A stretch of DNA of 64,000 bases from Candidatus Latescibacterota bacterium (GCA_965219995.1 CBDCOX010000002.1:3744001-3808000), one strand, 5' to 3'. Counted from the first letter of the stretch, positions 47,598 to 57,511 are shown. A program made the numbers and translations. The notes: generated from the sequence alone by a model not told the origin.

Positions 47598-49358
47598 TTA
47601 TTCCCTGTCCCATGGAAACACGAACGTCGGCGGGTTCACGTACCGCTGTGTGGTGACCACGAGTTGGCTGCCGCTTCCGGGCGCCAGTCGTACCGTGAAG
47701 AACGGAGAATCCAGGGATCGGGTCTTGCCATCAACCTCGACCGCGGTCACCTGATGCTCGGCATAGGCCCCCGCCTGGACGATCACGGTCCGATGATCCA
47801 CCGGATTCACGTTCACCAGCGAGACCGTGGCCGTTTCGTCCGTCAGCCCCTCGACCAGCGCCGCCACGTCCTCGGGTATCCCCGCCCGCCGACGCGCGGG
47901 GTCGAAGTACCGCAGGCGGCAGTGCAGCGGTTCGCCATAACGCGGGGTCAGTCCGCCCAGCATCAACTGGGTCAGACAGCTGTTGATGGCCGGATTGAAC
48001 TTCAGCGTATCGTCCGACATCCGGGTATCGGGGGTACTGGTATCGGCGCGCATGCCGTTCGCCTTGTCACGGATGGACGCGAATTCCCGGCGCAGCGCCG
48101 CCTCGGCAAATCCCCCGTTTTCTCCATCCAGAAACGTCAGCCACGCGTTCCCCGGCACGTATTTAAGGTCCGCCCGATCCATCGACCAGTAGTAGACGTC
48201 CAGCGCGCCCTGGCTGTAGGGCGACTCCTGGTAGTCGTACCAGCCGTCGTCGCCGTACATGTGCGGGTACATCGTTCTGCCGTCCAACGTGCGGGTATTC
48301 GCGTTCACGGCCGCGATCATCCCGCGCCATACGTCCACGTATTTCTGTTCCCCCGTCAACATCAGCGCGTTTCCGAAGCCCGCCACCCCGCGGGAAATCG
48401 CATTCCTGTTGGACAATTCACCCGTCTGCGGCACGACTACCGTGAACCCCCAGCCGTAACACCCGCCATACCACTTGCCATCGCACTCGCCGCCGATTGT
48501 ACCGTCCAGTCCGATGTTGCTGGGGAGAATCCCGTTGTTCGCGGCGGCCCGTTCCGCCCATGCATCCACGTAGTCGACGACCCAATCCCTGTATTTTTCC
48601 TCCGAACCGACCATAAAAGCGTTGAGGCCGAGGGTCGTGGCCGCCAGATTGATGGGATGGTCGCCGACCACGTCCGTATAATCCTCGAAATGCGCCAGCA
48701 TCTCCTCGAAATTGCGCTCGCCATGCGCCGGGTCGAATCGCCCCTCGACCTCGATCGGGTCGCCCGCCCAGTCCAGCGCCGTCGCCTTTCTGAGCAGCGG
48801 CCCCCGGCTTCCGGTAAACAGGCTGCGGATGATTCTGTGCTCCGGATCGTAATTCTTCGCCTGCGGGTCCTCATCCATATAGAATCCCGCGTACCGGCGG
48901 GCCCGGTGCTGAAAGTCGATGTCGTACGGATCGGACAGACCCTGCAGATTGAAGACGGCCAGGCTCTCGCCGTGGTGGAACCAGTCCAGGCTCACCGGGA
49001 ACTCTTTATAGATCATCCCCTCCCGGGCCAGCGGCACCTCGACGGTCTTTGCCTCCGTATACTGCAGGAGGTGTCCTTCCCAACCCAGCTTGTACATCTT
49101 CAGAATGCTCTCAGGCGCCCCGACGGCGTGCAGGATGGGCCAGCCCGTCAGGTTTTCGATCGCGTCGTCCGGCCCGTCATTACCGCCCCATCGGGGCACG
49201 CACTGCAGATAGCCGCGCGAGTCAAAGTATCGATTGAAAAACTCCTCGCACGCCTGCGTTTGGGCCCGGATCAGCGCTCGTTCGAGCAACGCCCATTCCG
49301 GCGGCGGCATGGGCGTCTCGATCGAAACGGTCAACGCATTGGGATTCACCTTTGACAT
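47598..49358 (-). CDS. Conserved hypothetical protein (586 aa)
   Basis: Long ORF with host codon usage, GAGAGGA RBS, and motifs RWGG.DGPDDA.E and DWFHHGE. Confidence 0.75.
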   Translation of the reverse strand: MSKVNPNALTVSIETPMPPPEWALLERALIRAQTQACEEFFNRYFDSRGYLQCVPRWGGNDGPDDAIENLTGWPILHAVGAPESILKMYKLGWEGHLLQYTEAKTVEVPLAREGMIYKEFPVSLDWFHHGESLAVFNLQGLSDPYDIDFQHRARRYAGFYMDEDPQAKNYDPEHRIIRSLFTGSRGPLLRKATALDWAGDPIEVEGRFDPAHGERNFEEMLAHFEDYTDVVGDHPINLAATTLGLNAFMVGSEEKYRDWVVDYVDAWAERAAANNGILPSNIGLDGTIGGECDGKWYGGCYGWGFTVVVPQTGELSNRNAISRGVAGFGNALMLTGEQKYVDVWRGMIAAVNANTRTLDGRTMYPHMYGDDGWYDYQESPYSQGALDVYYWSMDRADLKYVPGNAWLTFLDGENGGFAEAALRREFASIRDKANGMRADTSTPDTRMSDDTLKFNPAINSCLTQLMLGGLTPRYGEPLHCRLRYFDPARRRAGIPEDVAALVEGLTDETATVSLVNVNPVDHRTVIVQAGAYAEHQVTAVEVDGKTRSLDSPFFTVRLAPGSGSQLVVTTQRYVNPPTFVFPWDRE

Positions 49359-49449
49359 TACCAGATCCTCTCAATCGTGGTTTGATTGACGCCTGGTTTT
49401 CTCCCCCTTTCCCTCCGGGAGAGGGGGATGGGGGGAGAGGTCGCCAAAA

Positions 49450-49579
49450 AGCGGTGAGACGTGAGCGGTGAGACGGTAGATGACGTCTTTGCCCGTTTGG
49501 TTTTTCCTTTATGCCTGCGGCAAAAAGTGAAACCGGGCACGGCGGACAATCTCTCCCGTCTCCCGTCTTACGTCTCCCG
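49450..49579. repeat. GAGACG-unit element, copy E
   Basis: Inverted arms around ..tgcctgcggcaaaaagtgaaaccgg..ggacaatctc. Confidence 0.85.
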
Positions 49580-49811
49580 GCTTTTCAACAAAATAGCCAA
49601 TGAAAACATCGGATACAACGCAAAAGGGCGTGGCCTCGACGGTTTGCATTGGTTTCCGACGGGATCGATCGCCGGTGCTCAGGATCGTGGCCTGCGGGCC
49701 AAAAATACGAAAGATCTTGACCGGAATTCGCGGCTGTTCTATTATTATCTTCCCAATTTACCAGATCCACCAACGCGACAAGGATTGCTGTCACAACGAA
49801 CGGCAGGTCAA

Positions 49812-50210
49812 ATGAATAACGGAATTGCACACTACCAGAACAAGCTGAAATACGAGATCGATTCGTACGACCTGTGTGAGGGGTTGAACGCGGGCGAGGA
49901 CATCGTCGTCGTAGACACGAGGTCTTCGGAGGCGTACGCAGAACGACACATTCCGGGCGCCTTAAGCCTGCCGCACCGGACGATGGACGAGAGGAGCACG
50001 TCCCGGCTGGACAAAGAAACGCTCTATGTCACTTACTGCGACGGTATCGGCTGCAATGCGTCCACCAAAGGCGCGCTGAAATTGGCCAGGCTGGGTTTCA
50101 ACGTCAAGGAACTCATGGGCGGGCTGGACTGGTGGATGAGGGACGGATACGAAACCGAGGGTCGGGACGCTACCGAAGACACGGATCCGGTGTGTTGCTG
50201 CTGCTGTTGA
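49812..50210 (+). CDS. Rhodanese-like domain protein with a five-Cys tail
   Basis: VVDTRS..Y...HIPGA..YCDGIGCNAST..LMGGL..W; ends VCCCCC. Confidence 0.9.
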   Translation: MNNGIAHYQNKLKYEIDSYDLCEGLNAGEDIVVVDTRSSEAYAERHIPGALSLPHRTMDERSTSRLDKETLYVTYCDGIGCNASTKGALKLARLGFNVKELMGGLDWWMRDGYETEGRDATEDTDPVCCCCC

Positions 50211-50253
50211 CGCGGTGAATCTGCATCGTTTTTTGCCGCAATTCGCAAATGTC

Positions 50254-50282
50254 TTGACTATCAGCCCCGACTTTTCTATTTT
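50254..50282 (+). promoter_or_regulatory. Sigma70-type promoter for the his leader
   Basis: TTGACT-17 bp-TATTTT. Confidence 0.65.
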
Positions 50283-50291
50283 TAGGCCGCC

Positions 50292-50435
50292 ATGAATACG
50301 ATGAATGATATCCGGAACACGTACCGGAATTCGATCAGCACCCTATCCAGGATGACGTGCGCCCACACCGCCCATCACCATACGCACCATAGCGCGTACG
50401 CGACTCTTCGCGCGATTTGCCCGGCGGTGGACTAG
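50292..50435 (+). CDS. His-rich leader peptide (47 aa, or shorter from an internal ATG)
   Basis: MNTMNDIRNTYRNSISTLSRMTCA-HTAHHHTHH-SAYATLRAICPAVD; 6 His in 9 codons, upstream of hisI/hisG. Confidence 0.8.
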   Translation: MNTMNDIRNTYRNSISTLSRMTCAHTAHHHTHHSAYATLRAICPAVD

Positions 50436-50462
50436 GTCAGAGAGAATAAAGCAGTATACTTT

Positions 50463-50493
50463 AGCCCGCTGTCGAGAGACGGCGGGCTTTTTT
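50463..50493 (+). terminator. Attenuator (intrinsic terminator)
   Basis: AGCCCGCTGTC-GAGA-GACGGCGGGCT followed by a T tract. Confidence 0.88.
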
Positions 50494-50569
50494 GATGGGC
50501 AGCGATGAACGGTTTTACCATGCAAGGTAATCCGACCAGGCGGATTGATCCTGAAAAGGAGACGGACAA

Positions 50570-51292
50570 ATGCCACGCAATGACGACGCTTACGGGCGCA
50601 TGATGTGGGACTTCCATCGCGGCATTCCCGCCCGGGAAATCGTGGAACGCGAAGACGGATGCATCTCCGCCGGCAAATCGAGCGACTATTTCAAGCCCTT
50701 TTCCGAGTGGCCGCCTCAGCAGCAGGAGTCGATGAACCACGTGTCGGGACGCGTCCTGGATATCGGCTGCGGGCCGGGACGGCACGCCCTCCATCTGCAA
50801 CACGAGGGATTCGACGTACTGGGCATCGACAGGTCGCCCCTGGCGATCAGAGTCGCCCGTGAACGCGGCCTCACGAATGCCAGGGTTCTGAACGTCACAC
50901 AGATATCCTATCGGCTCGGTCAGATCGATACGATTCTCATGCTGGGCGCCAACTTCGGTCTCTTCGGGAATCTGAAACGCGCCCGGTGGCTGTTGCGGAA
51001 AATGCGCAATATGACGTCTTCCGGCGGACGGATTATCGCCGAAACCAGGGACCCCTACGAAACCACGAGTAGAGTGCATCTGGACTATCACGAATCGAAC
51101 CGCAGGCGCGGCAGGTTCTCGTGCCAGCTCAGAATCCGGATCCGGTACGAACGATACAGGGACGCGTGGTTCGACTACCTGCAGGTGTCCCGAAAAGAGA
51201 TGGCATTCATTCTCGAAGACACCGGCTGGCGGATTTCGAGATTCATTCCTGATACCGGCGCCGTGTACGTCGCGATCCTGGAGAAAGTCTGA
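50570..51292 (+). CDS. Class I SAM-dependent methyltransferase
   Basis: VLDIGCGPGRHAL.LQ..GID.SP; AAAGGAG RBS. Confidence 0.9.
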   Translation: MPRNDDAYGRMMWDFHRGIPAREIVEREDGCISAGKSSDYFKPFSEWPPQQQESMNHVSGRVLDIGCGPGRHALHLQHEGFDVLGIDRSPLAIRVARERGLTNARVLNVTQISYRLGQIDTILMLGANFGLFGNLKRARWLLRKMRNMTSSGGRIIAETRDPYETTSRVHLDYHESNRRRGRFSCQLRIRIRYERYRDAWFDYLQVSRKEMAFILEDTGWRISRFIPDTGAVYVAILEKV

Positions 51293-51332
51293 AACGCACC
51301 GACCCAGAATCCCGCACAAAGAGGATATCGTC

Positions 51333-51761
51333 ATGGCTATGGACAACAAACTCGAAGAAGGCACATCGATTCAACTCGACTTCGGGAAACTGAACAGGGT
51401 TGCCCGGACCGGCCACTCGGTCATCCCCGTCGCGGTTCAGGACGTGGAGAGCAAAGCCGTTCTCCTCATCGGCTACGCCAATCAACAGGCGCTCGACCAC
51501 GCGCTCCAACACGGCGTGGCGACGTTCTGGAGCACGTCGCGAAACGAACTCTGGATCAAGGGGGCGACGTCTGGGGACACGCTCGAACTGGTCGACGTGC
51601 GCGTGAACTGCGAGCAGAATTCCCTGCTATACATGGTGCGCATGAAGGGTGAGGGATCGTGTCACACGAAGGAAAACGGCCGCGCCCGGTATGGTTGCTA
51701 TTACCGCAGCATCGACAACGGGAATCTGACGTTTGTGGATCCCGGAACTATCTCGGAGTAA
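51333..51761 (+). CDS. hisI: Phosphoribosyl-AMP cyclohydrolase
   Basis: IPVAVQD..FWSTSRNELWIKGATSG..NCEQNSL..SCHT..CYYR. Confidence 0.93.
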   Translation: MAMDNKLEEGTSIQLDFGKLNRVARTGHSVIPVAVQDVESKAVLLIGYANQQALDHALQHGVATFWSTSRNELWIKGATSGDTLELVDVRVNCEQNSLLYMVRMKGEGSCHTKENGRARYGCYYRSIDNGNLTFVDPGTISE

Positions 51762-51764
51762 CCC

Positions 51765-52625
51765 ATGAATTTCACATTCGGCCTGCCCAACGGCAGCATG
51801 CAGGGTCCGCTTTGCGACCTGCTCTCCCGCATCGGCCTGGACGTTCGCCCCAGGGGGCGCAACGGCCAGGTTGCGATGGAGGGACTGGAACTCGTCGATC
51901 AGGCCGTCTACATGCGTCCCCAGGACATTCCCGCGGCGCTGCTGAAGCGGCAGATCGACTGCGGCATCTGCGGCCTGGATTGCGTTGTCGAATCCGAACT
52001 CGCGCAAGGGTCCGGACCCGACAAACAGATTCGACGCCTGGCGGAACTGCATATCAGCCGCGAGACCCGCACGCCCGCGCGCGTCGTTCTTTTCGGCCGG
52101 CCGGACAGTCAACCACTGTCGCAAAATGCAACAGTGACGATCAGCTCCGAATATCCGGCGATTACCCGCGCGCGATATCCCGATGCGGACATTGATTTCT
52201 CGCACGGCAGCACGGAAATCAAGGTGGCCATGAAGCTCTTCGACTACGGTGTGGGGGTCACCATCACGGGCGACAGCCTGCACGAGAACGGCCTTGAAAT
52301 CGTCGAGGAGTTCATGGTGTCGCCAATTGTCCTCATCGCGCGGGAATCCAGGCCCGAATTCGCCGCCCTCGGCGACCTGATGGCGGGCGCGCTCGAGGCC
52401 GAGAACTATCAACTGGTCAAACTGAACGTTGACAACGCGCGCCGGCACGCCGTTCTAAAGACCCTGCCCGCGCGACGCGCTCCCACGCTCAGCCCCCTGT
52501 CGGACCGAGCCTGCGCGATCGAAACCGTCGTGCCCAGATCGCAGACGGCCGGACTCCTGATTCGCCTGCGCACGCTGGGCGCAACGGATATCGTCGTACA
52601 GGACATCAATGCGATCGTGGGATAG
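51765..52625 (+). CDS. hisG: ATP phosphoribosyltransferase, long form
   Basis: GLPNGSM, RPQDIP, GICGLD, SEYP, GSTE, TG.SL.ENGL; C-terminal PTLSPL regulatory domain. Confidence 0.93.
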   Translation: MNFTFGLPNGSMQGPLCDLLSRIGLDVRPRGRNGQVAMEGLELVDQAVYMRPQDIPAALLKRQIDCGICGLDCVVESELAQGSGPDKQIRRLAELHISRETRTPARVVLFGRPDSQPLSQNATVTISSEYPAITRARYPDADIDFSHGSTEIKVAMKLFDYGVGVTITGDSLHENGLEIVEEFMVSPIVLIARESRPEFAALGDLMAGALEAENYQLVKLNVDNARRHAVLKTLPARRAPTLSPLSDRACAIETVVPRSQTAGLLIRLRTLGATDIVVQDINAIVG

Positions 52626-52977
52626 GATCACCCGACCGGCGGATGACGTGAAAGACGCGAGGACGGGTGATCGAAGAACATCAAAGCAGCGGAGGGAAAC
52701 TGCGGAAGGGGCTAACCGGAAAGCAGTGCAGGGGCAGGTCGCCAGGAAAGGAGGCTACGCCGTCTGGACGATCGCGCCGTTACGGAATCGGGCGAGAAAA
52801 TCCAAAACTGATACTTGGATTTACATGAATATCTAAAACAGACATTTAGATTTTCAAAATCAATTCGTATGTTCGATACCCTGTCTGATTCGTTGGAGAG
52901 AGCCTTCGACTGACGTACAACCGGTTGGGCGGGAGATCGTTCGGGGAATGACAGGGCGGACGTTTATTACCGTCTCG

Positions 52978-53090
52978 GAAGGGCGGGCGCCCACAAGGGA
53001 CGCCCCTACATTGGCCAGGGGGAGTCACGCTGAGGTGGGGACGATGAAGAATCCGTTTTGAGGGTGGGGCAGACATTCCTGTCTGCCTGC
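52978..53090. repeat. GTAG/GTGG-footed REP-like palindromes between convergent genes
   Basis: Minus strand tGTAGgggcgtcccttgtgggcgccc; plus strand GTGGggcagacattcctgtctgcc. Confidence 0.6.
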
Positions 53091-53145
53091 CTCGATGTCG
53101 CTCAGAATGACATGCTTTGCTAAAGCCATTGGCGAAATGTAACCG

Positions 53146-53688
53146 TCAACCGGCCTTGTAGAACAGCCGCAGGGTGTTTCCGTCTCCAAACAGGATATCC
53201 ACAAGCGCTTGTACATCGGGGTCGATCTCTACCGAACCCCCGGACTGGCTGATCAGGTTCAGGTAACGCTCCTTGTTCAGAACAAGCGTCAGGTCGTCGC
53301 CGTCCAGGTCGTACTGGCACTGAATCGTAAACCCGTCCTCACCGACCATCGTCAGAACATCTTCCTGTATCGACCATACGCCCGTCGCGCCGGATTTGTC
53401 TTCGTACGTTCTGTCGGCGTCAAACCGTATCGTCGACAGCCCGGTGTCGCGGAAACCGGCTTCCATTTCGTTCCGGAATCCAGCGACCATTCGTTGGGCA
53501 GCCGTCAGGTTCCAACCCTGATCCAGCAGGTAATTCTGGAGGTTTGCGGCTGCCGCGGTTCCGAAATCGGTTCCCTGGTAGTTCCATGTCCCTACCAGAT
53601 CGCGGACCGGTTCCGTGGGTTTTTCGTCCCCACATGACATCGCGACGCAAACAAGAGCGGTGAATCCGAAAACCGATAGCATTCTCAT
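53146..53688 (-). CDS. Lipocalin-like beta-barrel lipoprotein (tandem paralog)
   Basis: Lipobox AMSC, LVGTW, G.WS...D.LT. Confidence 0.75.
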   Translation of the reverse strand: MRMLSVFGFTALVCVAMSCGDEKPTEPVRDLVGTWNYQGTDFGTAAAANLQNYLLDQGWNLTAAQRMVAGFRNEMEAGFRDTGLSTIRFDADRTYEDKSGATGVWSIQEDVLTMVGEDGFTIQCQYDLDGDDLTLVLNKERYLNLISQSGGSVEIDPDVQALVDILFGDGNTLRLFYKAG

Positions 53689-53762
53689 CGAGACGCCCTT
53701 CGCCTGTGTCACAGCCCCGGTCTCATGCCCACAGCCGCCAGGCGCACGAGAATTCCGCGCAG

Positions 53763-54305
53763 CTATCTGGCCTTGTAGAAGAGTCGCAGCGAGTCGCCGT
53801 CTCCAAACAGGATATCGAAAAGCGCCAGTGTATCCGTGTCGAGCTCAACCGCACCCTCCGTCTGCCTGATGATGTTCAGGTACCGCTCCTTGGTCAGGAT
53901 GAGCGTCAGGTCTTCGCCGTCGATAAAATACTGACACTGAATGGTATACCCGTCTTCCTCCACCATCGTGAGCACGTCGCCAAGAACCGACCAGACCCCC
54001 GAGTTGCCGGAATTATCCTCGAAGGTCCGGTCCTCATTGAATCGCACGATTTCCAGGCCGGTCTCGCGGAAGCCACGATCCATCTCGTTTCTGAATTCTG
54101 CGACGAACTGCTGCGCGGCTGCAGCGTCCACGCCTTGATTCAGCAGGTAATTCTGCAGATTGGTCGCCGCCGTCGAACTGAAATCGGTCCCCTGATACGC
54201 CCAGGACCCGACCAGATCCTGACCCGGCGCCGCAGGTTTGTCGTCACCGCAGGACAACACGAAAGCAACAACGACCGCCAATCCGAAAATTCCATTCCTT
54301 CTCAT
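53763..54305 (-). CDS. Lipocalin-like beta-barrel lipoprotein (tandem paralog)
   Basis: Lipobox VLSC, LVGSW; collinear with its neighbour. Confidence 0.75.
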   Translation of the reverse strand: MRRNGIFGLAVVVAFVLSCGDDKPAAPGQDLVGSWAYQGTDFSSTAATNLQNYLLNQGVDAAAAQQFVAEFRNEMDRGFRETGLEIVRFNEDRTFEDNSGNSGVWSVLGDVLTMVEEDGYTIQCQYFIDGEDLTLILTKERYLNIIRQTEGAVELDTDTLALFDILFGDGDSLRLFYKAR

Positions 54306-54391
54306 AAAATCTCCCTGAATTATGGTGAAACCGATGTTGATAGGCGCAACGGGGACGCACTGCGCGGGCCTGGATGGATCCGCTGGAACGA

Positions 54392-56026
54392 TCAGAAGAG
54401 CGAGAACTCGATCTCCTTCGCCGTGATGAACTCCAGCAGCGCCGGTACGCCTTCCTCCGTCTTCCGGATTCCCCGCTCGATCGCCGGCACGATATCGTCC
54501 GGCGACTCCACGCGTTCTCCGTACCCCCCGAACGCCTTCGCCATGTCGGCATAATGCCCGGATATATCCGTGCTGCGGTACTTTTCCGTGGAAACCGGCA
54601 TGATCGGAAGCTCAATGGCCATGCTGAAATTGTTGAAGAGCACCGACAGGATGGGAATGCGCTCGCGCGCCGCCGTCTCGAAGTCCATTCCCGTAAAGCC
54701 GATGGCGGCATCGCCCCATACGTTGATGCACAGTTTGTCCGGGCAGGCCAGCTTGGCGCCCATCGCAAGGCCCAGACCGTAACCGAGTTGGGTCGTCTTG
54801 CCCCAGCCGATGTAGGAAAGCGGCGTATGCGACTCCCAGAACGGAGAAAGCTGGTCTCGCGGGCTGCCGGCGTCGTGTGTGATGATCGTGTTCGGGACGT
54901 CGACGGTCTGCATCAGATCCCGGATCACCCGATACGGCGACAGCGGCGCTTCGTTCAGCGTCAGCTTCGGCATCCATTGCGAGAGCCACTCGCGCTTTAA
55001 CGCGGCGATCTCCCGCGCCGCCTGCCCGGCCCGGCCCCGGGGCTGTCCGTCCAACCGCTCTCTGACTTCCTCCGCCAGGGCCTCCAGAATGAGTTTCGCG
55101 TCGCCCGCCAGCGCGTGCTCGACCTCGACGTCTTTGTTGATATCCCCGGGATCCAGCGTGGCGTGGAGTATCCGTTTCCCCTCCGGCATGGACACCCCGA
55201 AATTGGTGCGTGTAAAGCTGCATCCGATCCCGAAAATCAGGTCCGCCTCCTGAAGGAAGTGGTGCACGGGTTTGGGGATGGACCTGCCGCCGGATCCCAA
55301 TGACAGTTGGTGGTTCTCCGGAAAGGCGCTCTTTCCACCCAGACTGGTGGTGACGGGCGCCTCGAGCAGTTCCGCGACGTCCCGCAAGGCCTCCCAGGCT
55401 TCCGCGTAGTGCACGCCCTGGCCAGCATAGATCACGGGCCTTTGCGCATCCAGCAGCATGGTCGCCGCCTTCTCGACGTCGCGCGGGTCCGGACCGGTCC
55501 TCAGCGATGGCGCCGGACGGTAGTGGAGAGGCCCTGCAATCTCCTCGTCGAACACATCACCCGGGAATTCCACGAGCACAGGGCGGGGGCGGCCGTTGCG
55601 CACCTGCGTGAATGCCCGCCGCATCACCTCGGGCACGGTTTCCGAAAGGATGACCTGCTCGGAAAGCTTGGTGACGTGCCGGTAGTTCAGCGCCGAGTTG
55701 AAATTCGGCTGCACGTTGGTCAGCTTTCTGGAATAACCAAGCGGCAGCACGAGGATCGGCGCCGAATCCCCGAATGCCTGTGCGACGCCGCCAAATGCGT
55801 TCTCGGCCCCGGGGCCGCTCTGCATGCAGAAGACGCCGATCTGCTTACCGGACGTCATGCGGCTCAGCGCGTCGGCCATGTGCAGGCCGATCCGTTCCTG
55901 CCTGACGAGAATGGGCCGGATATCCACCTTGGCCGCGGCCTCGATGAGAGGATTCACCGGATAGGCGAACAGGTATTCCACGCCTTCTGCTTTCAGGATA
56001 TGGGCTACCGCATCTGCGACGTTCAT
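54392..56026 (-). CDS. Thiamine-pyrophosphate-dependent enzyme (acetolactate synthase-like fold)
   Basis: RQER..HMADA, SGPG.EN, GDAA..NN TPP motif. Confidence 0.9.
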   Translation of the reverse strand: MNVADAVAHILKAEGVEYLFAYPVNPLIEAAAKVDIRPILVRQERIGLHMADALSRMTSGKQIGVFCMQSGPGAENAFGGVAQAFGDSAPILVLPLGYSRKLTNVQPNFNSALNYRHVTKLSEQVILSETVPEVMRRAFTQVRNGRPRPVLVEFPGDVFDEEIAGPLHYRPAPSLRTGPDPRDVEKAATMLLDAQRPVIYAGQGVHYAEAWEALRDVAELLEAPVTTSLGGKSAFPENHQLSLGSGGRSIPKPVHHFLQEADLIFGIGCSFTRTNFGVSMPEGKRILHATLDPGDINKDVEVEHALAGDAKLILEALAEEVRERLDGQPRGRAGQAAREIAALKREWLSQWMPKLTLNEAPLSPYRVIRDLMQTVDVPNTIITHDAGSPRDQLSPFWESHTPLSYIGWGKTTQLGYGLGLAMGAKLACPDKLCINVWGDAAIGFTGMDFETAARERIPILSVLFNNFSMAIELPIMPVSTEKYRSTDISGHYADMAKAFGGYGERVESPDDIVPAIERGIRKTEEGVPALLEFITAKEIEFSLF

Positions 56027-56116
56027 GGGCTACTCCTCGCGCATACATTGTAGATTTTAGCTGATCCCTTACTGCTGCGCTTCGACGGCCCGGAAAGAGA
56101 TGCCTTTAGCCGGCTG

Positions 56117-57511
56117 TTAATTCTTCCCGCGAAACGCGTCGCCGCGATTCTCCCGGTCTCCTCCGAGCGGCCGCTGCTGGCCGCCGCCGGAAACGCCGCG
56201 TTCGCGTCCGTCTTTTTCCGGGTCGGCATAGGTTGCAAACCAATCTTCCATCATTGTCTTCATCTCTCCAACCCGGGACGCCTGAACGGCGTCTCCGATC
56301 CGGTTCTCGCGTTCGTCCGGGTCGTTCGCCAGGTCGTAGAGTTCGTTCGGCCCTTCCGGGTACCGGTGAATATACTTCCATTCCCGCGTCCTTACCATTC
56401 TGATGGGGCCGTATTCGTCGTAGACCACAACGGATTCCCTGCCTGCGTCTCCGCTGCCGAGCAGCGCGTGGAGAAAGCTTTCCCCTGGCAGATTCCGTCC
56501 TTCAGGAATCGGTAGCGACAGGTAATCCAGGAGCGTCGGCATAAAGTCATACGCGCTCACCATCGCGGGCTGAACGAGTCCTTCAGGAATCCGTCCGGGA
56601 TGGCTCATCACGGCCGGTACCTTGACCGAATTCTCGTACATGTTCAGGGGGCGCGTGCCGTTCCCTTTCCCCCAGAATCCGTGATGCCCGCAGCTGAACC
56701 CGTTGTCGCTGACGAAGACCACCAGCGTCTCTTCCCGAATGCCGTGCGCCTCCAGCCGGTCCAGAATCCGCCCCACGTCCGCGTCCATCGCCGTTACGGC
56801 CGCGAAATATCCCTTCAACATTTCGCGGTTGCCCAGGCATTGGTCCGTCAATCCGATTGCCCAGGAATGGCGGGGCTCCTGCGGGCAGGAATCGAACGCG
56901 CAGTCGTCGTAGGAATCCACCACGTCCTGCGGATGCCCGGTCCATGGGCTGTGCGGCGCGGTATAGTGGACGCTCAGGTAGAACGGGTCTTCATCGTCCG
57001 CGTGACGGTCGATGAATGCCAGCGCGTCGTCCGTTATGACGCTGGTCACGTATCCCGGCGCATCGATCAGCCTGCCGTCGCGCACCATCGGCGCATCGTT
57101 GTATTTGCCGCCGCCCCGCTGGTGAACGAACCAGTGTGCGAACCCGTGCTGCGGTAACTGGCTGTTGCCCAGGTGCCATTTGCCGCTGATTCCGCACGTC
57201 CATCCGTGTTCCGCCAGCACGTCCGTGTACGTGACTTCCTCCGCGAGGTAGGATGCCGCGTCCTCCCCCACGTTTCCACCGCTGATCCAATCGTGAACCC
57301 CGTGCTGAGAGGAAATGCGTCCCGTCAGAAACGTCGCGCGGCTGGGAGAACAGACGGGCGTTGCCACGAAAAAGTTCTCGAACCGCACGCCGGTATTCGC
57401 GATCCGGTCGATATTCGGCGTGCGTATCTCGGGATTGCCGTAGCACCCCGCCGCCCAGACGCCCTGATCGTCGGTCAGAATAAACACGACATTTGGTTTT
57501 TCAGATCGCAC
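56117..57511 (-). CDS. Sulfatase (Cys-type, formylglycine-dependent)
   Basis: PNVVFILTDDQ, CSPSRA.FLTG, GKWHLG, SDNG. Confidence 0.95.
   Translation of the reverse strand: MRSEKPNVVFILTDDQGVWAAGCYGNPEIRTPNIDRIANTGVRFENFFVATPVCSPSRATFLTGRISSQHGVHDWISGGNVGEDAASYLAEEVTYTDVLAEHGWTCGISGKWHLGNSQLPQHGFAHWFVHQRGGGKYNDAPMVRDGRLIDAPGYVTSVITDDALAFIDRHADDEDPFYLSVHYTAPHSPWTGHPQDVVDSYDDCAFDSCPQEPRHSWAIGLTDQCLGNREMLKGYFAAVTAMDADVGRILDRLEAHGIREETLVVFVSDNGFSCGHHGFWGKGNGTRPLNMYENSVKVPAVMSHPGRIPEGLVQPAMVSAYDFMPTLLDYLSLPIPEGRNLPGESFLHALLGSGDAGRESVVVYDEYGPIRMVRTREWKYIHRYPEGPNELYDLANDPDERENRIGDAVQASRVGEMKTMMEDWFATYADPEKDGRERGVSGGGQQRPLGGDRENRGDAFRGKN

Noticed and set aside
47664-49355. 563-aa plus-strand ORF
   Set aside because: Antisense shadow typical of high-GC DNA.
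49461-49811. N-terminal ORF extensions (also 7195-7323 and 58990-59136)
   Set aside because: They translate repeat or MITE sequence; downstream starts fit the domain boundaries better.
50208-50250. Rhodanese UGA as a third Sec codon
   Set aside because: The domain is complete; the UGA is followed by a weak hairpin and T run rather than an AGUU-loop stem, and read-through would enter the his promoter.
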